Program-made: the position numbers and the translations under genes
Shown: positions 41,466 through 50,334 of the stretch, one piece after another
How the letters are laid out: each line of letters opens with the position of its first letter
Numbering within the stretch: position 1 is the first letter of the stretch
NCBI GenBank assembly: GCA_965203355.1
Contig: OZ241889.1
Coordinates: 3,744,001 to 3,808,000, forward strand
Length of the DNA stretch: 64,000 nt
Source: Candidatus Latescibacterota bacterium
GTDB lineage: Bacteria > Latescibacterota > UBA2968 > UBA8231
Reading direction: 5' to 3'
The notes under the pieces: generated by a model
What the model saw: only the letters and a program-made list of their open reading frames with translations
Told to the model about the DNA's origin: nothing
Databases searched by the model: none

Positions 41466-42599
41466 CTACGATCGACTAAACGCTCTCTGGCCGGCTCCGT
41501 GGCGGTCATTAAGCCGATAGACGGCTATGTGCGGATCACCCGCTTCCCCCGTCGCCTCGTCAAACGCACCCTTTACCCTGCAATACAACTCAGACCCGGC
41601 CACCGTCATCGGTAGGTGATCGGCCGGCACCCTGATGCCATCGGCCACCGAATGGCCGTCCTTGTAAAACAGGTTTAGATATTGTTGATACGTGCCACCC
41701 ACCTCCCGCCGGTATTGGCAAAGCACCAGCAGGTCGGGATTCCATTCAAAAAGCAGGTGAGGGACAATGTGCTCGGCAAACCACGCCTCAATGTGCGGGT
41801 CCCAACCATACGGATTTAAGTTTGCGGGAAAGGGCTTGATGCCGCCCCGATGCTTAGACTTGTGTTCGCTAAACCAAGTCTGTTCCAACTGGCCCTGCTC
41901 GCTGTATTGGTGAATCTCATAGGTGGTCGGGTACATGAAGTAGAAACCACCGTCGGCCTTACGGGTGAGGATGGTGTTGTGATACCGGTGCAGGGCGCGC
42001 GCCGTCCGTTGGTCTGCGACCGGATACAAGCTGTCGATTATCTCGAAGGTATCGTTGAAGCGGAACAGAGCATGACTACCGTCGGCTTGCAAATCCACTT
42101 GTGCGGCATAAACATGGCCTCCTTCGGTGACCATGAGACGATCGATCGCCTTCGACCAGTCAGGCTCTGGAACCTCTCTCTTAAACGCATAAGAGTCGCC
42201 AGAGAAAATCATGTACTTAATACCTTCTCCCGTCGTCCAGATATAGAGGTCGCCATTGGGAGCAAGCAGCAACTCGCTAATAGAAAAGTACTCGCCCTCA
42301 GCCCCGCCCCTCGTCCCGATCGGCCGCAGGTAGTGGCCCTCGGCATCGGCGAGGAAGATCGTCTGCTGGATAGAATCGCCGATGATGAGGTGGCCCTTGG
42401 AATCGACCTCGATGTAACCGATCCTCCCCAAAACGACGTCTGCGGGCATGGTGAAGTAGATGTCCCGAGCTTTGACAAACGCCTCGTCAAATGTAAGAGC
42501 GGTCGCCGGGGGGGCGATCGCCACTCGGTGGGACGAACCATCGCCGCTGTCGCATCCGGCCAACACCACTCCAGCGATGAAAGGCAGCAGACTTCTCAT
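41466..42599 (-). CDS. 6-bladed beta-propeller lipoprotein, paralogue 1
   Basis: LAGC lipobox; G.YLRPIG.RGGAEGEY motif. Confidence 0.8.
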   Translation of the reverse strand: MRSLLPFIAGVVLAGCDSGDGSSHRVAIAPPATALTFDEAFVKARDIYFTMPADVVLGRIGYIEVDSKGHLIIGDSIQQTIFLADAEGHYLRPIGTRGGAEGEYFSISELLLAPNGDLYIWTTGEGIKYMIFSGDSYAFKREVPEPDWSKAIDRLMVTEGGHVYAAQVDLQADGSHALFRFNDTFEIIDSLYPVADQRTARALHRYHNTILTRKADGGFYFMYPTTYEIHQYSEQGQLEQTWFSEHKSKHRGGIKPFPANLNPYGWDPHIEAWFAEHIVPHLLFEWNPDLLVLCQYRREVGGTYQQYLNLFYKDGHSVADGIRVPADHLPMTVAGSELYCRVKGAFDEATGEAGDPHIAVYRLNDRHGAGQRAFSRS

Positions 42600-42717
42600 A
42601 ACATTCCTCCTTGTGGATTAGTGACGCATCCTCGCAGAGCCAAAGGGCCTCCGTATGAGACCGCTTGATAGAGCGGGTAAAGGCCGCGTCCAACGGAATG
42701 GAAGGCATCGTCCCGCC

Positions 42718-43884
42718 CTACGATCGACTGAACGCTCTCTGGCCGGCTCCGTGGCGATCATTAAGCCGATAGACGGCTATGTGCGGATCGCCCGCCTCGC
42801 CCGTCGCCTCGTCAAACGCGCCTTCGACCGCGAAGTATAGTTCCGTACCCTCAACCGTCAGCAGCATATGATCGGCCGGCACCCTGATGCCGTCGGCCAC
42901 CGAATAGCCGTCCTTGTAAAACAGGTTCAAATAGCCTTCCGGATTGGCGCGAACCACACGCCGATATTGTGCAAAGACCAAAAGGTCGGGACCGCATTCT
43001 AAAAGCAGACGAGGGACAATGTGCTCAGCGAACCACTCGGCATGTTTAGGAGTAAAATCGACCGGATCCAAGTCGGCGGGAAAAGGCTTGATCCGGTCTC
43101 GATGCTTAGACTTGTGTTCGCTAAACCAAGTCTGTTCCAACTCGCCCTGCTCGCTGTACTGGTGAATTTCATACGCGGTCGGGTAGATGAAGTAGAAGCC
43201 GCCGCCCCGCTTGGCCGTCAGGACCGTGTTGTGATAGCGATTCAACGCCCGGCCGGTTCGCTGGTCTTCGACCGGATACAGAAACGCAACTTTATTGAGG
43301 GTATCGTCGAGGCGGAACAGCGCGTATTGGCCATCTTCTTGCACCCCGGCCGAGCCAGCGTCAATGACATCTACTTGCGAGCCGTAAAAGCGCCCCCCCT
43401 CGGTGAGCACCATGTGGTCAATGAGTTGCGGGATTGGGTCCGGCAGTTCCCGCTTGAACTCATACGAATCGCCAGAAAAGAAGAGGTACTTACTGCCTCC
43501 CAAGCTGTATAAGTAGAGATCGCCGTTGGGGGCCAGACGTGGGATCAGGGGACTGAAGTACTCTCCCTCGGCTCCCCCGCGTGCTCCTATTTGCCGCAGG
43601 TAACGACCCTCGGCGTCGGTCTGAAAAATCATCTCTCGGATGTGGTCCATAACTATCAGATGACCCTGGGCATCAACTAACACATAGCCGATCCCACCTA
43701 AAACCACATCCTCCGGCATCTGTAAGTGGATGTCCCGATCCTTGATGAATGCTTCGTCAAATGCGAGATCGGCGGCCGGCGGGGTAATCTCCACTCGGTC
43801 CTCAGACACGTCGCCGCACCCCGCGAAAATCGCCATCGTGCTAATGCCAGCAATCCCAATAAAAGAAGGTATTAGCTTGTTCAT
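42718..43884 (-). CDS. 6-bladed beta-propeller lipoprotein, paralogue 2
   Basis: FAGC lipobox; GRYLRQIGARGGAEGEY; AAGGA RBS before ATG 43884. Confidence 0.8.
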   Translation of the reverse strand: MNKLIPSFIGIAGISTMAIFAGCGDVSEDRVEITPPAADLAFDEAFIKDRDIHLQMPEDVVLGGIGYVLVDAQGHLIVMDHIREMIFQTDAEGRYLRQIGARGGAEGEYFSPLIPRLAPNGDLYLYSLGGSKYLFFSGDSYEFKRELPDPIPQLIDHMVLTEGGRFYGSQVDVIDAGSAGVQEDGQYALFRLDDTLNKVAFLYPVEDQRTGRALNRYHNTVLTAKRGGGFYFIYPTAYEIHQYSEQGELEQTWFSEHKSKHRDRIKPFPADLDPVDFTPKHAEWFAEHIVPRLLLECGPDLLVFAQYRRVVRANPEGYLNLFYKDGYSVADGIRVPADHMLLTVEGTELYFAVEGAFDEATGEAGDPHIAVYRLNDRHGAGQRAFSRS

Positions 43885-44103
43885 AACATTATCCTTGCGT
43901 TGTGGATGATTTAGTTGTCGGCGATTGAAGACGGCTAGGTGCAGATCGCCCGCTTCACCCGTCGCCTCGTCTAGGCCCGACCCCAGTGCCCCCACCCTTA
44001 CACGCAGAACCATTCATCCCCGCGTTTTAGGAGTCGTCAGGGCCGTATCCTACCCCGGCATTCCCTACGGCTGGCGATTTTCCGAGCCATCCGCTTGGCA
44101 TCG

Positions 44104-45273
44104 CTACGAGCGACTAAACGCTCGCTGGCCGACTCCGTGGCGGTCATTAAGCCGATAGACGGCTATGTGCGGATCGCCCGCTTCCCCCGTCGCCTCGTCA
44201 AACGCGCCTTCGACCGCGAAGTATAGTTCCGTACCGTCAATCGTCAGCAGCATATGATCGGCCGGCAACCTGATGCCGTCGGCCACCGAATAGCCGTCCT
44301 TGTAAAACAGGTTCAAATAGAATTCCGGCTTGGCGCGAACCACACGCCGATATTGGGAAAGGACCAACAGATCGGCACCGCATTCGTAAAGACGAGACCG
44401 GACAATGTGCTCAGCGAACCACGCGGTATGCTTAGGGGTAAAATCGACCGGATCCAAGTCGGCGGGAAAAGGTTTGATCCGATCTCGATGCTTAGACTTG
44501 TGTTCGCTAAACCAAGTCTGTTCCAACTCGCCCTGCTCGCTGTATTGGTGAATTTCATACGCGGTCGGGTAGATGAAGTAGAAGCCGCCGCCCCGTTTGG
44601 CCGTCAGGACCGTGTTGTGATAGCGATTCAACGCCCGGCCGGTTCGCTGGTCTTCGACCGGATACAGAAACGCAACTTTATTGAGGGTATCGTCGAGGCG
44701 GAACAGCGCGTATTGGCCATCTTCTTGCACTCCGGCCGAGCCGGCATCGATGACATCTACTTGCGAGCCGTAAAAGTGCCCCCCTTCGGTAAGCACCATA
44801 TGGTCAATGGCTCCGAGGTTGGGATACGGTATTTCCCGCTTGAACTTATAGGAATCGCCAGAAAAGAAAACGTACTTTCTGCCGTTTCCCAAGCTGTATA
44901 AGTAGAGATCACCGTTGGAGGCTAACCGCGGGTTCAGGGGACTGAAGTACTCTCCCTCGGCTCCCCCGCGCGCTCCTATTTGCCGCAGGTAACGACCCTC
45001 GGCGTCGGTCTGAAAAACCGTCTCTTGGATGTAGTCCATAACTATCAGATGGCCCTGGGCATCAACTAACACATAGCCGATCCCGCCTAAAACCACATCC
45101 TCCGGCATCTGTAAGTGGATAGCTCGATCCTTGATGAATGCTTCGTCAAATGCGAGATCGGCGGCCGGCGGGGTAATCTCCACTCGGTCCTCAGACACGT
45201 CGCCGCACCCCGCGAAAATCGCCATCGTGCTAGTGCCAGCAATCCCAATAAAAGAAGGTATTAGCTTGTTCAT
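44104..45273 (-). CDS. 6-bladed beta-propeller lipoprotein, paralogue 3
   Basis: Highly similar to paralogue 2 with local variable patches. Confidence 0.8.
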   Translation of the reverse strand: MNKLIPSFIGIAGTSTMAIFAGCGDVSEDRVEITPPAADLAFDEAFIKDRAIHLQMPEDVVLGGIGYVLVDAQGHLIVMDYIQETVFQTDAEGRYLRQIGARGGAEGEYFSPLNPRLASNGDLYLYSLGNGRKYVFFSGDSYKFKREIPYPNLGAIDHMVLTEGGHFYGSQVDVIDAGSAGVQEDGQYALFRLDDTLNKVAFLYPVEDQRTGRALNRYHNTVLTAKRGGGFYFIYPTAYEIHQYSEQGELEQTWFSEHKSKHRDRIKPFPADLDPVDFTPKHTAWFAEHIVRSRLYECGADLLVLSQYRRVVRAKPEFYLNLFYKDGYSVADGIRLPADHMLLTIDGTELYFAVEGAFDEATGEAGDPHIAVYRLNDRHGVGQRAFSRS

Positions 45274-45500
45274 AACATTATCCTTGCGTTGTGGATAATT
45301 AGTTGTCGGCGATTGAAGACGGCTAGGTGCCGATCGCCCGCCTCCCCCGTCGCCTCGTCCAATCTTAAGCCCAGTGGAGTGGACCGGGGTCAACAGCCCC
45401 CGGCCCACTCCCCGATCAATGGCCTGATTGATTTTTCAGCACCCCTTCAAGCGGGGATGCTTCAAACCAGTATCAGCCAAAGCTGTCGCAGCAGGGGTCC

Positions 45501-45647
45501 CTAACCGCAGCAGCTAAAGGGGCCTCCCAAGTGCCTGCAAATGACGCCATTCTTAATGTCGCAATGGACAAAGAAGTATTCGTTGTCTTGTTGAGCTTCG
45601 ACAGCCTGGCCGTAGGTGGCACGCTGGGGTTTGTGCAGAGCAATCAT
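45501..45647 (-). CDS. Small Cys-rich peptide (48 aa), not in the ORF track
   Basis: AAGGAG RBS; MIALHKPQRATYGQAVEAQQDNEYFFVHCDIKNGVICRHLGGPFSCCG*. Confidence 0.55.
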   Translation of the reverse strand: MIALHKPQRATYGQAVEAQQDNEYFFVHCDIKNGVICRHLGGPFSCCG

Positions 45648-45875
45648 AGCAACACTCCTTGCGTAGGATGACTGGTTCTATCGAACCAAAGGGGACGCCA
45701 AAAGCGGCGCACAAGGGCCTCCGTATGAGACCGCTTGATACAGCCGGTAAAGGCCGCGTCATCGCACGAGCAGGAATCGCCGATGTCTGCGTGGCTGCTA
45801 TGGCCAGACCGTCAATTACATGCACGGGGTGGGATAAGGGCATGGCTACCGTCCTCCTCGACTTGGACCGTGGCT

Positions 45876-45944
45876 TTACCAGCACGGCACGAGAGCGAGT
45901 CGCACGCCAAGCAGGCGACAGGTGATGTTGATAAAGCAATTCAT
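45876..45944 (-). CDS. Possible 22-aa Cys-containing peptide, or 5' end of a decayed gene
   Basis: GAGGAGG RBS; MNCFINITCRLLGVRLALVPCW*; first ORF after the sigma54 promoter. Confidence 0.4.
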   Translation of the reverse strand: MNCFINITCRLLGVRLALVPCW

Positions 45945-46047
45945 TTTTCCCTCCTCTTATGGGGTGGATAGAAAGCCTGCCCGGCGGCCTCGGTTGCTTC
46001 GTAGAGGAGGCCAACAACGGCTTACTTTCGTGCTCACTTACGATATG

Positions 46048-46062
46048 GCAAATTCCGTGCCA
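46048..46062 (-). promoter_or_regulatory. Sigma54 -24/-12 promoter
   Basis: TGGCAC-GGAAT-TTGC matches TGGCAC-N5-TTGC exactly. Confidence 0.85.
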
Positions 46063-46150
46063 ACACGACGATGAAATACATAAGTTAATGATAAACAATA
46101 AGTTATAAGAAGTAGGATACTTTGTGCAGGCCGCCGCCTTGCGTTGGCAT

Positions 46151-46244
46151 TGCACCCTTTCGACGCATCTAAGCGGCTTATTTGGTTCTATCTCACGTCT
46201 TTACAAGGGGTTAGATAAGGTGCGTCAAAAGGGACGTAGTGCGT
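46151..46244. promoter_or_regulatory. Putative enhancer (UAS) block, copy 1
   Basis: CCCTTTCGACGCA ... TGCGTCAAAAGGG inverted pair; homologous to 54778-54871. Confidence 0.7.
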
Positions 46245-46341
46245 CAAAAGCGCGTTCACCGCTGCGATTAGTCGTGAATACGTTGCGCTGGTTACGCTCA
46301 ATCATTACGCTCAGGTCCGTCAACTCGTTCTGAGAGTCGCC

Positions 46342-47161
46342 ATGGCCGCATCCTACCCCCGCATTCCCTACGGCTGGGCCGATTTCCGAGCCATCCGCTT
46401 GGAAAACCGCCTCTACGTCGATAAGACTCGCTTTGTCCACGCACTCGAAGACGAACGCTATGCCTTGCTGATTCGTCCGCGGCGCTTGGATCAGTTTTCC
46501 CTTAGAACAGTTGGACCAGCCGGAAAACTTCCTGTCGCTGCTGTACTACTTCGGTCTGCTTAGCATGCGCACCGTGGCGCACGGTGTGCCTCGGCTAGGC
46601 ATTCCCAACCAAACGGTTAAGCGGCTGATGTACGGTTATCTACGGGATGCCTACGGGGATGTAGGGGTGTTTTCCGTCAGTCAGTATACCTTCTCCCGCT
46701 TGGTGCGGCAGATGGCCTACGAGGGAGCTTGGCAACCCGTGTTGGACTTCTTGCGCGATGCCTTGGCCGAACAAACCGGCATCCGCGACTACATGGATGG
46801 CGAGAAGGTCATCCATGGCTTTGTCGCCGCCCACTTGAGCATGGTCGATCAGTTTCTGCTGCACTCGGAGTACGAACTGAACAAGGGCTATGCGGATTTG
46901 TACTTGGAGCCGTTTCTCGCTCAGTATCCCGATGTGGGGTTCGGCTACGTGCTCGAACTGAAGTACCTGAAGCGAAGCGAAGCCTTAGATGCCGCTTTGG
47001 TGACAGAAAAAGTGGCGGAAGCTGTGGTACAGTTGCGCGGCTACCTAGCCGACCCGTCGTTGCGGCGGAGCACTCGGGCGGTGCGGCACCTGGGCTTGGC
47101 GATGGTGTTTCACGGTTGGGAGCTGGCGGCCTATCAAGCGGTGGACGATGCGGGCGACTAA
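46342..47161 (+). pseudogene. AAA-ATPase-like / PD-(D/E)XK nuclease gene with internal deletion and frameshift
   Basis: IPYG.ADF..IR...YVDKT...IRPRR breaks off before the Walker A FGKS and jumps to LLYYFGLL...IPN...GYADL...LELK. Confidence 0.8.
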
Positions 47162-47171
47162 CAGCCCTACG

Positions 47172-48833
47172 TCAACCGCACTTGGGCCGTTCCGTCGCCC
47201 GGTGCAAGCTCAAGTACAGCATCGGCAAGTAGATCGGCAACAAAATCGACGACGCCACCAAGCCGCCGGTCACGCCTACGGCCAGCGGATACCATATACT
47301 CTCCGTATCCTCGAACAATACGATCGGCAAAAGCCCGGCCAACGTGGTCAGGGTGGTAATGGCAATGGGCTTGAGGCGGTGGGCCGCGGCCGCGAATACC
47401 TCGGCCGCGAGGTCGCCAGCCCCGGCTTTGGCCCTCGCGTCCATCTGATACAGCATGAGAAAGGCGTTGTTGACCGCTATGCCAGCCAAGAAGAGCACGG
47501 CGATATAGCCGCCGGTGTCAAAGCTGGCCCCTAAAAAGTAGAACGCATCGAACAGGCCAATCAGCGCCATTGGAACCGCTAAGACCACCAAAAAGGGTTT
47601 GGTCCAAGACTCAAAGAGGCCGGCGGCGATCATCCACACGATCAGGACGGCCACGCCCAAAATGGCCATGAGTTCCTTTTTGTTGTCCGCTTCCAAGTAC
47701 CAATAGGACGCTTGGCGAGCGATGCTGAAACCGTAGGGAAACTCGGTGCGGTCAATGAGCAGGTCAATGAGTTTTTCTCCGTGTTCACGCGCCCCCAGGT
47801 AATTGAGATTTATGCGGCGCGTGTACGTTTGGTTTTCGCGCACTATTTCGGGTTGTATCCTGCTTTTTTCGAGTCGGACCAGCGCGCCGAGCCGCACGTG
47901 GTCGCCGATCTCTTGTCCTTTTATCTCGTCGCTGGAGACCACGCTGGCACCGCGGAACTTAATGGCCACCTCGCGCAACTCGCCAGCCACCCAAAGGCTT
48001 CGCCGCGACGCCGCGGTCGTCTGCTGCCTCAGCGTCTCGACGACGCGGTTGTTGTCCAGCCCATAGGCGCTGATTGCGTCCGCATCCAAGCGGCCAATCA
48101 TCTCGTAAGGCTCGTCGGTGCTGTAGCGCGCCACCGCGTCTATATCGACATCGCGAATGCGCTTGTGCTGGGCGAGTTGGTCGGCGAATCGTTCGGTTAT
48201 CTCCCGCAGCTTGAGATAGTCGCTGCCCTCGGCCTTGAGCGAAAACTGGGCAAAGTTGCTCAACAGCGCCTGGTGATGCTGGAAACCAAACCCGCTTACT
48301 GAAATCGCCACCCCGCCGATATTGGCCGCGTGTTTGGTCAGGGCCGCGTACACCTTGCTGGGGAACGCGAGATAGTCGTCATCCGCGGCGAGTGCGATCT
48401 CCATCCGCGCCGACCGCGGCGAGTAGTTGACCGCCACTTTTTCTATTTGCTCCATGTACGGGGCCAGCGCCGACTCAAACCCAAAACATAGTTCCTCCAT
48501 CTTTTGCACCGGCACATTGCTCGGCATAGTAAAGGAAACCCGCAAGCTCTGAGGCGCATTCCGGCCAAAGACCTCCCCCTTGTGGACTTGCTGAAAAAAC
48601 AGATACGACGCCCCGCCCAGCACCTTGAACAACAGCGGTTTGGTCTCCTCGTCGAACTGGGGGTCCATCCACCAGTCCTCGTACGCACGCGCGACCGCGC
48701 CATCCTCGCCGATGGAGTCGGGCAGCCGCCAGACGGGCAGGCCCCACAGCAACACCAGCACCGCCAACATGATCCGGCGATGTTGGCAACAAAACCCGAG
48801 CAGGGCGACGTATGTTCGGGACGGCAAACTCAT
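47172..48833 (-). CDS. RND permease (AcrB-like), C-terminal half
   Basis: FESWTKP, GIAVNNA, RLKPI..TTLTT..GLLP; in frame with 48837-50333. Confidence 0.8.
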   Translation of the reverse strand: MSLPSRTYVALLGFCCQHRRIMLAVLVLLWGLPVWRLPDSIGEDGAVARAYEDWWMDPQFDEETKPLLFKVLGGASYLFFQQVHKGEVFGRNAPQSLRVSFTMPSNVPVQKMEELCFGFESALAPYMEQIEKVAVNYSPRSARMEIALAADDDYLAFPSKVYAALTKHAANIGGVAISVSGFGFQHHQALLSNFAQFSLKAEGSDYLKLREITERFADQLAQHKRIRDVDIDAVARYSTDEPYEMIGRLDADAISAYGLDNNRVVETLRQQTTAASRRSLWVAGELREVAIKFRGASVVSSDEIKGQEIGDHVRLGALVRLEKSRIQPEIVRENQTYTRRINLNYLGAREHGEKLIDLLIDRTEFPYGFSIARQASYWYLEADNKKELMAILGVAVLIVWMIAAGLFESWTKPFLVVLAVPMALIGLFDAFYFLGASFDTGGYIAVLFLAGIAVNNAFLMLYQMDARAKAGAGDLAAEVFAAAAHRLKPIAITTLTTLAGLLPIVLFEDTESIWYPLAVGVTGGLVASSILLPIYLPMLYLSLHRATERPKCG

Positions 48834-48836
48834 GGC

Positions 48837-50333
48837 CTAAACCGCGCTTTCTCCCCGCCTGTCCAAGACCAGCATGAGCGGCGGCAGCAACAGGCAGGAT
48901 AAGAGGAAGGAAAAGAGTACCGTGGCCCCGAGTGCCAACGCTACGGGTTTGAAATAGAGTTGCAGGGTTTGCGAGAGAAAAAAGACCGGCAGCAAGGCTC
49001 CGACCGTCGTCAGGTTGGAAGCCAACAGCGGCCTTAGCACCCCGGCGACCCCGGCGAGTATCCGCTGCCGCGCCGCGCCGCCACCCGTTGTTAGGTGACG
49101 CTGGACGCTGTCGTACACCACGACCGAGTTATCGACGCTCAGGCCGTAGCCCACGGTCAATCCGGCCAAGGTCAACACGTTCAGGGTCATGCCGGCGAGA
49201 TGGAGCAAGCCCACGGTGTAGGCCAGCACCAGCAGGATCGTACCCCAAATGAGCAGGGTCGCCGATACCTTCCTGTAGGTGAAGACGACGATGGCCGCAA
49301 TGAACAGCACCGCAAAAAAGGAGCGGTTGCCGAGCTTGGCCAATTCCTTTTTCAATTCCTCGCCCTTGTCCAGTTCCTTAACCAAGCCAATATCCGGCGG
49401 AGCATCCCGCATGACGCGCGCCATGGTAGCCTTGACGGCCGCGGACGTTTCGAGCAGGTCCACGCCCGGATACTTCTCTATGGTAATTAACACGGAGTTT
49501 TTCCCGTTGACGCGGCTGCGGCTAAAGTCGGCGGGCGCGTCCCAATATATCCGCGCAATATCCCCCAAACGGACCGCGGCCGAACCCACGGGTATTTGCC
49601 TGAGCGTCTCCAGATTGGCATAGCCTCCGTCAAAGCGCACTTTTTTCGCCGTGCCGGCGTCCCACAGCGTTCCCAAGCTCGATTTGCCGCCGCTCAACTG
49701 CCGCTGCAACCGCTCTAGATCCTCGCTGGACAGCCCGGTGCTTGCCACGGCTTTCCCGTCTATCTCGATCGCGAGTTCGAGCCGCTTGCCTCCTTCCAAC
49801 TGCACGTCTTTGATGCCGGCCACCGCGAGCAAGGCTTTTTGGATGCGGGTTTCTGCGTACTCCCGCAACTCGCCGGGTCGCCGGTCGCCGTACAAGCGGT
49901 ACCGGAGAAAACCGGCCAAGTCCGCCAGTTCTTCGGGCACCGCGCGTTCAATCACCGGCCAAGAGGCCGCTGCGGGCATGGTCTCATAGAGCGAGTGAAC
50001 TCGTTCGTTCAATTCTATTTCGAGCAAGCTGACATTCGCCTTAGCATCGAATTGCACCGCGATTTCGGCGTGGCCTTCCCGGGTTTGCGAGCGAATGGAG
50101 GTGACGTGGTCCAATTGCTGGACCAACGACTCCAGCGGCCGCGTCACCGCAGATTCTAGGCTGAATGCCGAGGCCCCGGGCCATTGCACCCCGAGGCGCA
50201 ATTCGGGCAGTTCACTCGGCGGCGACAACTCAACCGAGATGACCGCAAAACTCGCCACCGCCAAGAGGCCGAGCGTAGCTACTGCGGTGAATACCGCGAT
50301 GGGATGGTCGAGGGTCCAGCGTATCGCATACAT
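48837..50333 (-). CDS. RND permease (AcrB-like), N-terminal half ending in TAG
   Basis: WPGAS...E..VT.PLE, GLSVDNSVVV, SNLTT; TAG GCC ATG junction. Confidence 0.8.
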   Translation of the reverse strand: MYAIRWTLDHPIAVFTAVATLGLLAVASFAVISVELSPPSELPELRLGVQWPGASAFSLESAVTRPLESLVQQLDHVTSIRSQTREGHAEIAVQFDAKANVSLLEIELNERVHSLYETMPAAASWPVIERAVPEELADLAGFLRYRLYGDRRPGELREYAETRIQKALLAVAGIKDVQLEGGKRLELAIEIDGKAVASTGLSSEDLERLQRQLSGGKSSLGTLWDAGTAKKVRFDGGYANLETLRQIPVGSAAVRLGDIARIYWDAPADFSRSRVNGKNSVLITIEKYPGVDLLETSAAVKATMARVMRDAPPDIGLVKELDKGEELKKELAKLGNRSFFAVLFIAAIVVFTYRKVSATLLIWGTILLVLAYTVGLLHLAGMTLNVLTLAGLTVGYGLSVDNSVVVYDSVQRHLTTGGGAARQRILAGVAGVLRPLLASNLTTVGALLPVFFLSQTLQLYFKPVALALGATVLFSFLLSCLLLPPLMLVLDRRGESAV

Positions 50334-50334
50334 A

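Noticed and set aside
40456-45360. Propeller array as integron cassettes
   Set aside because: Junction repeats lack attC structure (RYYYAAC...GTTRRRY palindromes) and no integrase is present.
45553-46155. 200-aa Cys-rich minus-strand ORF
   Set aside because: It spans the sigma54 promoter and AT-rich regulatory DNA and overlaps small ORFs with better RBSs; probably spurious.
48837-48839. TAG read-through as pyrrolysine or a recoded stop
   Set aside because: TAG terminates other genes normally here (e.g. 34484, 60098) and no pyl genes are seen.
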